NCBI GenBank assembly: GCA_964637295.1 | Contig: CAZWWE010000001.1 | Span: 252,312-316,311 of the forward strand | DNA length: 64,000 nt | Source of the DNA: an uncultured Pseudomonadales bacterium | Lineage (GTDB): Bacteria; Patescibacteriota; Microgenomatia; UBA1400; PJMF01 | Direction of reading: 5' to 3' | Part shown: one piece after another, positions 8,822 to 18,806 of the stretch | Layout: every line of letters begins with the position of its first letter | How positions within the stretch are numbered: the first letter of the stretch is position 1 | Notes under the pieces: model-generated | Told to the model about the DNA's origin: nothing | Seen by the model: the letters and a program-made list of their open reading frames with translations, nothing else | Database searches by the model: none | Position numbers and translations under genes: made by a program

Positions 8822-9390
8822 GTTTGAAGAATTTGTTCAATTTTAGTAAGCACCGTTTTTTGATTTAAAAATAAAGCAAACCAAGGAGTAATTTTTTTAG
8901 CAATAAATTGTTTTTGCTTAACAAGCTGCCAGTCTAGCCACTCGAAATTAAGTACCTCTAGTGAATCAGGAACAATCAGTAAACGATCAGCTTTTTCTTT
9001 AGATATTAAACCGACAAAAATGTGATCAATTTCGTTTTCTGCAAAACCATTTTCGCAAGCAACTTGATAATCTAAAACCAAAGCTTCTTGCAGCAACCAA
9101 TCTTCTTGCCAAAAAATACCTAATTCTTCTTTGAGACGACGCTTCAAACAAAATAAATGATTTTCTCCGGGTATTAAATTGGCACAAAGCGTATTAGCCC
9201 ATTGTAGAGCTCCCACGATTTTATGTTTACTGCGTTGTTGTAAAAGAAGTTCTAGTCCACCATCGGCTCTGTGGCGAAACAGAAATAAAGAAATTGCCTG
9301 ATGTTTCTTTCCAAAACCGCGATGAGCGTCTAGTAGATCTGTTTGACCAACAACTTCGTCGGCTGAATTAACTAAATTTACCTGTCTCAT
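8803..9390 (-). CDS. idi: Isopentenyl-diphosphate delta-isomerase type 1 (Nudix fold)
   Basis: DAH...H.AISLFLF, LLLQQRS..K, WANTLC, RRLKEELG, ENEIDH; overlaps uppS. Confidence 0.8.
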   Translation of the reverse strand: MRQVNLVNSADEVVGQTDLLDAHRGFGKKHQAISLFLFRHRADGGLELLLQQRSKHKIVGALQWANTLCANLIPGENHLFCLKRRLKEELGIFWQEDWLLQEALVLDYQVACENGFAENEIDHIFVGLISKEKADRLLIVPDSLEVLNFEWLDWQLVKQKQFIAKKITPWFALFLNQKTVLTKIEQILQTWQKQI

Positions 9391-9508
9391 ATTTTATTCA
9401 ATGTTATTTTACTATGAATTGTGACTAATAAAACTCCAGATAATCAGGAGTAATAATGTATTATAATCAAACATGGTCGGGAGCAAACTTAAATAAAACT
9501 AAAAAAAT

Positions 9509-11767
9509 ATGCTGGATAAACAATATCAAGCCCAAAAATATGAAGAGCAAATTTATCAGCTTTGGCTGAAACATGACTGTTTTAATCCAGACAGCGTCAT
9601 TAATCAAAAATTGCGAGCGCAAGCGAAGAAAAAATCAGAAAAATTTGCTCTCATCATGCCACCACCAAATGCAAACGATCCCCTGCACGTAGGTCACGCC
9701 ATGTTTGTGAGCGTTGAAGACACAATGGTAAGATTTGCGAGAATGCAAGGCAAAGACACCGTCTGGATCCCCGGCACTGATCACGCCGGCATTGAAACTC
9801 AATTTGTTTTTGAAAAAAAATTAAAAAAAGAAGGTAAGAGTCGCTTTAATTTTGATCGAGAAAGTTTATTTCAAATGATCTGGGACTACGTACATGAAAA
9901 CTCAGCCATTGCTGTGGAACAAATTAAAAAGCTTGGTGCCAGCGCCGACTGGAGTCGCTACAAATTTACCCTTGATCAAGATATTGTGCAAAGCGTCATC
10001 GATACTTTTATACAAATGAACAAGGACGGATTGGTTTATCGCGCCAATCGTTTAGTAAACTATTGTCCAAAATGTGGCACAGCTTTTAGCAATTTGGAGG
10101 TTAATCATCAAGAACAGGTAACCAAACTCTATTATATTAAATACGGACCATTCGTTTTGGCCACCACTCGACCTGAAACTAAATTTGGCGACACTGGCTT
10201 AGCAGTGCACCCCAACGACAAGCGTTATCAGCAATATATCGGTCAAGAAGTAGAGGTTGAGGGCTTAAACGGCAGCTTTAAACTCAAAGTGATTGCTGAT
10301 GATTTTGTTGATCCAAATTTTGGAACCGGCGTGGTCAAAATCACTCCTTATCATGATTTTAATGATTTTGCTGCCTGGCAAAGACATAAAAACGAATTAC
10401 CAGAGCCAATTCAAATTATTGATTTTGCCGGACGTTTAACTGAAAAAGCTGGCAAATATGCTGGACTAAAAATTGCAGTGGCCAGAGAACAAGTGGTTAA
10501 AGATCTAGAAAATAGAGGCTTACTAGTTAAAATTGAACAAAATTATCACAATAATTTGAGCGTTTGCTATCGCTGTGGTAATCCCATTGAGCCACTGCCT
10601 CTACCGCAATTTTATATTCAAGTCAAAAAACTCACCCAAGCGGTGCTAGAAAAACTAGATAAAAAAGAAATAAAAATTTATGGGGCTGGCCACGATAAAA
10701 TTTTGCGCCATTGGCTAGAAAACTTAGAAGATTGGAATATCAGTCGACAAATTGTTTGGGGCATTCGTTTGCCAATCTGGTACAAAATTGATGACAATCC
10801 TGATGCGCAAATTACTTTTATTGATCAGCAAAAGCAACCTATTAGTGGCCAATTAGCCAATTTGCTAGAAAAATATTCATTTACAGAAATCAAGAACGGC
10901 TTACAAAGCATTAGCGCTAACGTCAACGCTAAATACCTCATCGCCAAAGAAAATCCGGGTGAAAATTATTTGCAAGAAACTGACACTTTTGACACTTGGT
11001 TTTCTTCCAGTCAATGGCCTTTTGTTACCCTCATGAATAATCAGCCCGGAGATTTTCAAAGATTCTACCCCACCACTGTCATGGAAACCGCCTATGACAT
11101 TTTAATGTTCTGGGTGATGAGAATGCTGATGATGGGCACCTATAAAACAGGCTCAGCTCCTTTTAAACACGTTTATCTTCACGGGCTGATTAGAGACGCC
11201 AAAGGACAAAAAATGAGCAAAAGTAAGGGCAATGTAGTCAACCCGATGGATATCAGCGAAAAATACGGCACTGACGCGCTTAGAATGGCCCTTTTAATTC
11301 GTTCTTCTGCTGGTTTAGACAAGTCCATTGGCGAAGGCGATTTTAAAGCTGGGCGCAATTTTACCAATAAGCTTTGGAATGCCAGTCGCTTTATTTTACT
11401 TGCCAAAGAAACTGAACTGGAACAAACAAATATAAATCAAAGCCAATCCAATAATTCAAAAGACGCTATTTTTTCAGATAAACTTAAAAAAATTACCAAA
11501 CAAGTAAGTAAAAATCTTGAAGCTTTTCAACTCGGAGTGGCCGCCGACACGCTCTATGACGAATTTTGGCATTGGTTTTGCGATCAATGTATAGAAGATG
11601 CTAAAAAAGGATTGATAAGCCAATCTTTAATTTTAGAAGGTTTGATAACATTTTTAAAATTACTCCACCCTTTTATCCCCTTTGTAACTGAAGCGATCTG
11701 GCAAGAATTGGCACAAAAAAAATTAGTTAATGAAACAATTTTGGCTAGCAGTGCATGGCCTATTTAA
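9509..11767 (+). CDS. valS: Valine--tRNA ligase
   Basis: PPPN..DPLHVGHA (HIGH), PGTDHAGIETQ, ATTRPET, DWNISRQ, DTWFSS, KMSKSKGN. Confidence 0.95.
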   Translation: MLDKQYQAQKYEEQIYQLWLKHDCFNPDSVINQKLRAQAKKKSEKFALIMPPPNANDPLHVGHAMFVSVEDTMVRFARMQGKDTVWIPGTDHAGIETQFVFEKKLKKEGKSRFNFDRESLFQMIWDYVHENSAIAVEQIKKLGASADWSRYKFTLDQDIVQSVIDTFIQMNKDGLVYRANRLVNYCPKCGTAFSNLEVNHQEQVTKLYYIKYGPFVLATTRPETKFGDTGLAVHPNDKRYQQYIGQEVEVEGLNGSFKLKVIADDFVDPNFGTGVVKITPYHDFNDFAAWQRHKNELPEPIQIIDFAGRLTEKAGKYAGLKIAVAREQVVKDLENRGLLVKIEQNYHNNLSVCYRCGNPIEPLPLPQFYIQVKKLTQAVLEKLDKKEIKIYGAGHDKILRHWLENLEDWNISRQIVWGIRLPIWYKIDDNPDAQITFIDQQKQPISGQLANLLEKYSFTEIKNGLQSISANVNAKYLIAKENPGENYLQETDTFDTWFSSSQWPFVTLMNNQPGDFQRFYPTTVMETAYDILMFWVMRMLMMGTYKTGSAPFKHVYLHGLIRDAKGQKMSKSKGNVVNPMDISEKYGTDALRMALLIRSSAGLDKSIGEGDFKAGRNFTNKLWNASRFILLAKETELEQTNINQSQSNNSKDAIFSDKLKKITKQVSKNLEAFQLGVAADTLYDEFWHWFCDQCIEDAKKGLISQSLILEGLITFLKLLHPFIPFVTEAIWQELAQKKLVNETILASSAWPI

Positions 11768-11781
11768 GCTATATTTAGATT

Positions 11782-12237
11782 GTGTGGAAAAAAACCTGTT
11801 TTTATTTAAATTTAATGATTTTGTGCTGGAGATTAATCTGGCACTTGTTGATCTTTATCTTACAAATATCTTTTAATCGCTTGCAAATCAAAAAACTAGG
11901 CACGGTTTTATGTTTGGCTTTGCTTTTGCTTATTTGGATAGTTAATTTTGGTCTTTTACTTAAAAAAAATTCACCAATCACAACGTTTAAAACTGCTGAA
12001 GAATTACCACACCTCGACAACCAGTTATTTGCTAGCGACAAAAAAGAATTTACACCAGAAGAAGCCGGGTTGCAATTAAAAAAATATCAAGAACTTGAAA
12101 AAAGTGGGATCAACAATTTTTATTTGCTTTTAAACCTCAATCAACTTAGTCAAGTTTTAGACCAAAGAACAGAAGCAAAAGAATATTGGCTAAAAGCTCT
12201 AAAAATTCAACCTGTTAAATCGGCAAATTTAGATTAG
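11782..12237 (+). CDS. Hypothetical membrane protein with TPR-like C-terminus
   Basis: N-terminal hydrophobic segments; EAKEYWLKALKIQP TPR-like helix. Confidence 0.5.
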   Translation: MWKKTCFYLNLMILCWRLIWHLLIFILQISFNRLQIKKLGTVLCLALLLLIWIVNFGLLLKKNSPITTFKTAEELPHLDNQLFASDKKEFTPEEAGLQLKKYQELEKSGINNFYLLLNLNQLSQVLDQRTEAKEYWLKALKIQPVKSANLD

Positions 12238-12258
12238 GTGGCTTACCTACTCACTAGC

Positions 12259-12930
12259 TCACTTAGTAGAAGCATCTTGATCGGATGTTTTTTGTTCATC
12301 GGCAGTTTTTTCATTTACCAGAGCTGGTTCGGTCAAAGTACTTTCTGTTTCTTCTTCAACCACTTCCTCTGCTTTAGCTTGGACCAAGGCCAACACTATT
12401 TCTTCGGCTTTTTCATCTTCATTCAAAATTAAAGTGATTTTGCTTGGATCAAATTGTAAATCTTTTAGAGTAATGCGATCACCAATTTCTTTGAGCTGAC
12501 TCTGATCAATTGGAAAGCTGGCGGGCACATCGGCCGGCAAAGCTTCAACTTCGACGCTATCTTTGGCCAAAATCAAGACTCCGTCGGCAACATCGAATTC
12601 ACCTGTTAGCTCAACTGATACCTCGGCGCGAATTTTTTGCAATAAATTAATTTGACGAAAAACAACATGTAAAATTTCTTTGCCAAAAACATCGTATTGA
12701 ACTTCATCAATGAGGGCTGGAAGCTCTTTTTTTTCATCAGCAATTTGCAAATAAAGAACCGCATTTTCTGGAAGCTTGCGTAATAGTTTAGTAAAATCAA
12801 GGTTGTTCAACTCTAGAGTAAGTGATTCTTGACCAGCACGATATAAATTGGCAGGAATCAAGCCCTCTCTTCTTAATTGTTTGTTTTTTTTGTTTTGTTT
12901 TTTAGCTACTACAAATTTAATTTTTTCCAT
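12259..12930 (-). CDS. rplY: 50S ribosomal protein L25/Ctc
   Basis: LRREGLIPANLY, ILHVVF, VEVEALPADVP, acidic tail; start moved to ATG 12930 with AGAAAGG SD. Confidence 0.9.
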   Translation of the reverse strand: MEKIKFVVAKKQNKKNKQLRREGLIPANLYRAGQESLTLELNNLDFTKLLRKLPENAVLYLQIADEKKELPALIDEVQYDVFGKEILHVVFRQINLLQKIRAEVSVELTGEFDVADGVLILAKDSVEVEALPADVPASFPIDQSQLKEIGDRITLKDLQFDPSKITLILNEDEKAEEIVLALVQAKAEEVVEEETESTLTEPALVNEKTADEQKTSDQDASTK

Positions 12931-13142
12931 ACTAATTCTTTTGCCTTTCTCGAATAACAAGTAGTCATTTTATCACAAAAAGGACAGGCTTAAAAGACAA
13001 TTAAAAATTCTCGTTATACATACAAAATAGATCAAACTAAAAAGAAAATAAAAAACCGATCAAAAAGCGAAGCCTGGTCTAAAAAAGATTGTTGCCTTAA
13101 AACAATATTAGCTACAACACGTGAAAAATGAGCATGAAAATT

Positions 13143-16076
13143 TTATTGATTGAAATTAACAGCAAAAGAAAAATTATCTGTGTTTAAATTTTGAAAACTA
13201 ATGATTTTGTTTTCATATTTTGCTTGAGGAGCAATTAACTGTGGCTTAAGTTGATCATCAAAAACGATTTTGTAATTGGTAATTTTTTGATAAATACCTG
13301 CTTGCTTTTGATCATGAAAAACATAAGAAAAGGACGAGCTTTCGTCATGAGGAACCAAATAAGTAACTACCAACTCTTTTTGACTTTGTGCCGGTACTTG
13401 TACAGATAAAGACAATTCTTTGTTTTGTTCACTTTCCTCTGTTTTAATTTCTGATAAATTGATTATCTGATTATCAAATTCAACTTTTTCCAGCAAAGCT
13501 TGTTTGTTAAGATAAAATTTGTAATAAGCCTGATAAGTGCCAAAAGGCCAAACTAAAATGTCAGACGTGTTTTTAATATTTATTTTGCGCTTGTGGCGAA
13601 TAAATTTTTGACCAATGCCAATGCTGTGATCGATTTTTTCTTGAACGTAAACATTGACCTTGTTAAACCCAACGTTTGCGGCCACTTGAAAAATTGAGTC
13701 GACCAAACAATTTTCCTGCTTAAATTCAAGTGGGCAAAGCATTTTTGCTTGTTTACCAGCCCAGATGTTACCTTCAATGATTTCTTGTAACGTCACTGAT
13801 TTGCTATATAAAAAAATTTCTTTTTGATTAAGTCCATTAATTATGATTTGATTCAACTGAGCCAACTGCTCTTCCGATATTTGATTTAATTTGTTTAAAA
13901 ACGCATTGCCAATCTGCCATTTTTTATTAGCTTGGGAATCAGACTTAACTAACAAGAGACTTTTTGCTTGATAATTTTCTTGAGTGATACTCTCTCCATT
14001 GTTTAATGTTAATTCACCAAGGGCAGTCAGTAGTTGTAAAATCGTTTTTGTATTTAAACTCATCACCATGTCAATCTTATTGCCAGTGGCTTGCTCAACG
14101 AACCAGACAATGTTTTGGCCACTTTGAACAAAGTCTGCTTGCCAATTACTATCGTGTAAAAATAATTTTTTTTCTCCTAGCAAGTCTTGAATTTCTTGAT
14201 TAGCAGAAATACTTCCATAAGTTCTGTCATCTAATTCATCGATGGTTAAAGCTTGTTGATCAACTAGCTTGGCGCGATTAAAACCCAAGATAATGGCTTC
14301 TGTCAAAAAACCACCAGTGGCCCTCAGTTCATTACTGTCTTGAATTAGCAATAATATGTTGGCGCGATCAGACGCCAACAATAATTGACTAAAAACTGTT
14401 AAGAAGTTTAAGGATTGACTGGTGTTTTTTATATCTGATCTGATCTGGTCAATTTTTTTCTTCCAGATCATTTTTTCCTCGTCTGGATAAAGATCCAGGT
14501 TTAAATCGCTTAAATAAACATTATATTTTTTTTGTTCTTCAGCCAACTCACCTAGTTCCTTAATTAAATTTTCATAAGAAGATTTCAAGTTCTCTTCTCC
14601 ATTGAAAGTTTTTTTATATAGCTCAAAACTTAATTTTTGCGCTCTAATCTGACGATTTTTGAGATTGATTAATAATTCTAGATGTTGTTTTAAATCCAAT
14701 GTCTCACTTAGACTATCTTTTGGTAAAATTTTTTGAGAGAGCTTAATTTGCTCTAAAAATATACGATATTTAATTGATTTATCAATCTTTTCTATTTTTT
14801 CTTCTTCTCCGTTAATGATTTGAAAAATTGCTTTGTTTAAAATTTTTTGATTTACTTGAAAAAATTCACTAAAGAGCAAAACGCCAAAACTGAAAGCAAA
14901 AATTATTCCTCCAAGATAAAACAGAATTTTTCTTTTTCTGCTTTTTTTAATAATCTCAACACCCAAAGAAATGTTGGCGTTCTGTCTATCAAGCTTGCTT
15001 TGTTGTCTTTGAGTAGAGAAGAGCTTTTCAATTTTAGTGGTCAGCTCTGCATTTAAATCTGTACTTTTAAGCTCTTCTAACTTGCGTTTTTGGGCACGTT
15101 CTGTCAATTGTGACGCCCAGTTAGTTATGGTCTTTTTTATGGCAGAAGGCTTCGGTTGTGAGCTTTGATTTTTAAGTTCAGAGGCTGATTTTGGCGACAA
15201 GATTTGTTTAAGTATTTCAGAAGATTCAATTTTTTGATTAAAATTATTATCAAATTTAAATAAATTTCTGATTCTCTGGTCTAAAATGTTTTTAATATTT
15301 GATTTGCTGTTATTAACAACGGTAAATTCTTTAAACACCGACGGAATTTGTTCATAAGTCGTCAGGTTTAAATTAGATGTTTTTTTTTGAAAATATTGTT
15401 CATAGAGATAACTAATGTCATTTGCCATTTTTGTAGCAATGATTTTTTTACCTTGAACAATAAACTTTTTTGCTTGATGAGGTTTAATCAATTGTTCCTT
15501 AATAATTTCAAAAAAACTTCTTTCATCTTGAAAATAAAAATTATTGGCAGGAACTAAAACGTATTTTTCTTTAATAAGTAAAAAAAATAAGCGCAGGGGA
15601 TAGTCAACACTGCTTGTCTGTGCCAGTAATAAATCTTTGGCCAGAAAAACCATGCTCTGACTAAATTTTTTTAAAAAAGAATTCAAAAAAACTTGCTGTT
15701 TTTTCAAAAAAACATAGTACTGGTCGCTAAAATCACCCACAATTTCTAGAGAACTGCTTAAGTTAGAAATTAAAACCAGAGGAATTTGCAGACTGCGAAC
15801 ATGATTTTGAAATTCTAAAAATTTATGAAGTGCTTCGCTGGTTTTTTTAAGAGTATTCTCTAGACCATAGAGCAAAATAATTTTATAGATATTTTTTTGT
15901 GAATATGCTTCTGTTTTTTCTTGCCAAAAATTTATAGCTTGGTTGTCAATAATTAATAGCTCGACTTCAAGTTGCTTAGCTCGTAAAAAATCACAAATCA
16001 ATTTACAAAGTAAATTTTCTGATTCAGCAATCACTAAAAAAATGGGAACTTTTTCCTCTAGGGAATTTCTTGCCAT
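13143..16076 (-). CDS. DUF4012-domain membrane-anchored protein
   Basis: Central TM; LLLIQDSNELRATGGF, HDSNWQADF, ANVGFNKVN and QKQAG motifs typical of DUF4012. Confidence 0.7.
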   Translation of the reverse strand: MARNSLEEKVPIFLVIAESENLLCKLICDFLRAKQLEVELLIIDNQAINFWQEKTEAYSQKNIYKIILLYGLENTLKKTSEALHKFLEFQNHVRSLQIPLVLISNLSSSLEIVGDFSDQYYVFLKKQQVFLNSFLKKFSQSMVFLAKDLLLAQTSSVDYPLRLFFLLIKEKYVLVPANNFYFQDERSFFEIIKEQLIKPHQAKKFIVQGKKIIATKMANDISYLYEQYFQKKTSNLNLTTYEQIPSVFKEFTVVNNSKSNIKNILDQRIRNLFKFDNNFNQKIESSEILKQILSPKSASELKNQSSQPKPSAIKKTITNWASQLTERAQKRKLEELKSTDLNAELTTKIEKLFSTQRQQSKLDRQNANISLGVEIIKKSRKRKILFYLGGIIFAFSFGVLLFSEFFQVNQKILNKAIFQIINGEEEKIEKIDKSIKYRIFLEQIKLSQKILPKDSLSETLDLKQHLELLINLKNRQIRAQKLSFELYKKTFNGEENLKSSYENLIKELGELAEEQKKYNVYLSDLNLDLYPDEEKMIWKKKIDQIRSDIKNTSQSLNFLTVFSQLLLASDRANILLLIQDSNELRATGGFLTEAIILGFNRAKLVDQQALTIDELDDRTYGSISANQEIQDLLGEKKLFLHDSNWQADFVQSGQNIVWFVEQATGNKIDMVMSLNTKTILQLLTALGELTLNNGESITQENYQAKSLLLVKSDSQANKKWQIGNAFLNKLNQISEEQLAQLNQIIINGLNQKEIFLYSKSVTLQEIIEGNIWAGKQAKMLCPLEFKQENCLVDSIFQVAANVGFNKVNVYVQEKIDHSIGIGQKFIRHKRKINIKNTSDILVWPFGTYQAYYKFYLNKQALLEKVEFDNQIINLSEIKTEESEQNKELSLSVQVPAQSQKELVVTYLVPHDESSSFSYVFHDQKQAGIYQKITNYKIVFDDQLKPQLIAPQAKYENKIISFQNLNTDNFSFAVNFNQ

Positions 16077-16131
16077 AGCTTTATTCTAAAGCAAAAAGAT
16101 TGCCCTCACAAACCAGCTTTGACTTTAAAAG

Positions 16132-16554
16132 CTAGCTGGCTATAGAGTCCATCGCTTGATTGGCTAATAGATCGGCCATTTTGTTTTCTTCGCGAGGAAT
16201 ATGCCTAATTTCATAAGCAAGAACGGGGAGAGTACTTAAAATTTTCCAGTTTTCCAAAGCTAAAGAACGTAGTCGATCTTCTTTAATTTGCCAATTCTTA
16301 TTCATTTGCTCCACCACTAATTTTGAGTCTAATTTAAAAATTAATGTCGTTGCTTGGTGCAGCTGGTTTTTTAGATATTGAAGAGCTAAATTAAGGGCAA
16401 GGTATTCAGCCTCATTGTTGGTTTTTAAGCCCAAATACTTATATTCTCGATATATTTCTTGACCATCAGCATCAATAATGTAGACTCCGGCCCCAGCAAT
16501 TCCAGGATTACCTCGAGATCCGCCATCGGTGAAGATAATCAGTTTTTTTTGCAT
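16132..16554 (-). CDS. rnhA: Ribonuclease HI
   Basis: IFTDGGSRGNPG, TNNEAEY, DSKLVVEQM, HIPREENKMADLLAN. Confidence 0.93.
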   Translation of the reverse strand: MQKKLIIFTDGGSRGNPGIAGAGVYIIDADGQEIYREYKYLGLKTNNEAEYLALNLALQYLKNQLHQATTLIFKLDSKLVVEQMNKNWQIKEDRLRSLALENWKILSTLPVLAYEIRHIPREENKMADLLANQAMDSIAS

Positions 16555-16585
16555 ATTTACCGCTTTATTAACGCAACGTCTGGAG

Positions 16586-17044
16586 TTAATCGGCTTTTAA
16601 TTTGATCAATAAGACTCTTTCTTGATCTCTGTCTTCAGATAGACTCTCGAGTCTTTCAAAGTTTTTATTTTCAGTTAGCACACTGTGTACTAAAAATCTT
16701 TCATAAGAATTTAAGCTATGCATTTCTTCAGTTTGACCGGTTTCTAAAACTCGATGAGCAATCTCCAAAGCTTTTTCTTTTAAACGTTTTTCTAAAGAGC
16801 TACGATATTCATTGATATCAAGCATAATTTTTTTATTGAGAAAATCATTTTTAAAGGACAGCTTGGTTAATAACTCAATCGCTTCCAGGGTTTCTCCGCG
16901 ATTGCCAATGAGAAGTGCTGCTTCGCTTTGAGGAACAGTGATGTTTATTTTTAATCGCTCATCACTTTCTTCTAAAACGATTTCAAACTCATCATCTACT
17001 CCAAGATGTTGAATTAATTTTTCTAGATATTCTTGTACTTTCAT
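16586..17044 (-). CDS. jag: Jag/KhpB RNA-binding protein (KH + R3H)
   Basis: LLIGNRGETLEAI KH motif, NSYERFLVH R3H-like motif; downstream of yidC. Confidence 0.85.
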   Translation of the reverse strand: MKVQEYLEKLIQHLGVDDEFEIVLEESDERLKINITVPQSEAALLIGNRGETLEAIELLTKLSFKNDFLNKKIMLDINEYRSSLEKRLKEKALEIAHRVLETGQTEEMHSLNSYERFLVHSVLTENKNFERLESLSEDRDQERVLLIKLKAD

Positions 17045-17047
17045 ACT

Positions 17048-18046
17048 TTATTTTTTCCTTTTATTTTTGCGTTTACGCTTTTTTGCTAAGAGATCTTTTT
17101 TAATTTTAGTAGCCTTGGTATTTTTTGGTTTTAGTGAAACTTCGCTCCCATCTATTTTCTTCAAAACACTAGCCAAATCATCAGCTGGAGCCTGATGACT
17201 AAAAAGCTTGGTATCAAAAATAGATTTTTGCTTTAGATGAATTTTTTTAGGAATAGCAGTTAGCTTTGTTTGTGTCGTAACAGATAAATATTTATTTTTA
17301 AAAGGACCAAATTTAGTTACATATTTATTCCAATAAGTGGCTAGTCCACCCCAACCAGAAACAAAATATTGAGTAATCATTGTAATAAGAGTGCCAGCAA
17401 TCCAATATAAGGCTAGACCAGATGGCAATTTCAAAGCAATTACGGTAGTCATAACTGGCATTAAAAATATCATTTGTTGTTGCATGGTTGCTGCCATTTC
17501 AGCGATGTCTTCTTCTTTTTTATTCGCTTGCTGAATGATTTTTGATTTAGAATCATTGGCGACCACATCTCTGGTTTGAGTTGCAGGAGCAATCATTAAT
17601 GACAATAAAAATTGAGTTAAACCTGCAAAGACTGGTAAAACAAAAAACTGATCAGCTTGACTTAAATTCACCCATAAAAAATTAAGGTTAAAGTTGAGCT
17701 CGGGACTATTAAAAAGTTTAATAATCGCCTGATATAAAACTATTAAAATAAATAGCTGTAATAATTGGGGTAAACAACCAGCAAGAGGGTTAATATTATA
17801 AGTTTTATAAAGCTGAGCTTGGGCGAGGGCCATGGCTTGCTTGTCATTAGCATGCTTTTCTTTAAGTTTTTTAAGCTCTGGTTGTAGCTCTTGGATTTTT
17901 TTACTTGATTTAATACTTGGCAAAGTAAGTGGCAAAAGTAGTAGCCTAATTAAAACCGTGAAAACAATAATGGTTAAACCAAGATTATTAAAAATCGAAT
18001 CTAAAAAAACTAAAATCGAAATAAAAAAACTTATAAAATTACTCAT
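17048..18046 (-). CDS. yidC: Membrane protein insertase YidC
   Basis: GLTIIVFTVLIRLLLLPL, LQPELKKLKEK, NPLAGCLP, PSGLALYW; basic tail. Confidence 0.93.
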   Translation of the reverse strand: MSNFISFFISILVFLDSIFNNLGLTIIVFTVLIRLLLLPLTLPSIKSSKKIQELQPELKKLKEKHANDKQAMALAQAQLYKTYNINPLAGCLPQLLQLFILIVLYQAIIKLFNSPELNFNLNFLWVNLSQADQFFVLPVFAGLTQFLLSLMIAPATQTRDVVANDSKSKIIQQANKKEEDIAEMAATMQQQMIFLMPVMTTVIALKLPSGLALYWIAGTLITMITQYFVSGWGGLATYWNKYVTKFGPFKNKYLSVTTQTKLTAIPKKIHLKQKSIFDTKLFSHQAPADDLASVLKKIDGSEVSLKPKNTKATKIKKDLLAKKRKRKNKRKK

Positions 18047-18056
18047 GTTTTAGATC

Positions 18057-18257
18057 CTAAAAATGGCGACAATTTATCACTCGCCATAAACCTTGTAATG
18101 CCCCGACAATTGTACCATTCTTTTTAATTTGGGCGAGAGCATAAGAACTACAACTAGGACTCTGCCTGCAAGATGATGAAAAACCAAAAAAACTAATTAA
18201 CAGCTGATGTTTATATGCCCTCATCGTTAAAAATGTTTTGGTTAAAATTTTATTCAT
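18057..18257 (-). CDS. yidD: Membrane protein insertion efficiency factor YidD
   Basis: CRQSPSCSSYA...G...GLWRVINC; position between rnpA and yidC. Confidence 0.85.
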   Translation of the reverse strand: MNKILTKTFLTMRAYKHQLLISFFGFSSSCRQSPSCSSYALAQIKKNGTIVGALQGLWRVINCRHF

Positions 18258-18622
18258 GATTTAAATTTAATATTTTTCTGGATTTGTTTTGCCAAGATAA
18301 CAAAGTCTTTTTCTAGAAGCTCTTTATCTAGTGGAAAATTTCTTTTTAAAATGATCACTAGATCATAGGCCATGTTTGGAGAAAAATTACAATTTTGAAA
18401 CTCTTTTTCCACAAGTGAATATAAAAAACGGCGGAACTTATTTCTAAGTGTTGATTTAGATAAAGATGCTTTAGAAGTAAGACAACTTATCTTAAAATCG
18501 CTTTGATTTGATCTTAAATAGGCTAAAAAGTATTGGGAACTTAAAAATAAAGAATTGCCTCTAATAAAAATATTAGCATTCTGTTGTAAAGAAAGATTTA
18601 GGCGGTGTTTTTTAGCTAACAT
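18254..18622 (-). CDS. rnpA: Ribonuclease P protein component
   Basis: MLAKKHRL start, SKSTLRNKFRR (RNR-like motif), DLVII; position after rpmH. Confidence 0.8.
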   Translation of the reverse strand: MLAKKHRLNLSLQQNANIFIRGNSLFLSSQYFLAYLRSNQSDFKISCLTSKASLSKSTLRNKFRRFLYSLVEKEFQNCNFSPNMAYDLVIILKRNFPLDKELLEKDFVILAKQIQKNIKFKS

Positions 18623-18633
18623 CAATAATTAGT

Positions 18634-18780
18634 TTACCAGTGTTTGGCTACGGCCAATTTTTTTCTGCCTTTGGCACGACGACGTTTAATAACAACTTGA
18701 CCAGTAAGAGTTTGCATTCTTTTCAAGAAACCATGCATTCTCATGCGCTTTTTTTTCTTTGGATTCCATGTTCTTTTCAT
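18634..18780 (-). CDS. rpmH: 50S ribosomal protein L34 (below ORF-track length cutoff)
   Basis: Manual translation [48 protein letters not shown]. Confidence 0.95.
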   Translation of the reverse strand: MKRTWNPKKKKRMRMHGFLKRMQTLTGQVVIKRRRAKGRKKLAVAKHW

Positions 18781-18806
18781 AGGTTAGAGATTATATCATA
18801 AAAAAA

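Noticed and set aside
12961-13142. Possible small gene or RNA between DUF4012 and rplY
   Set aside because: No convincing ORF or stable pairing; only the rplY -10 box is evident
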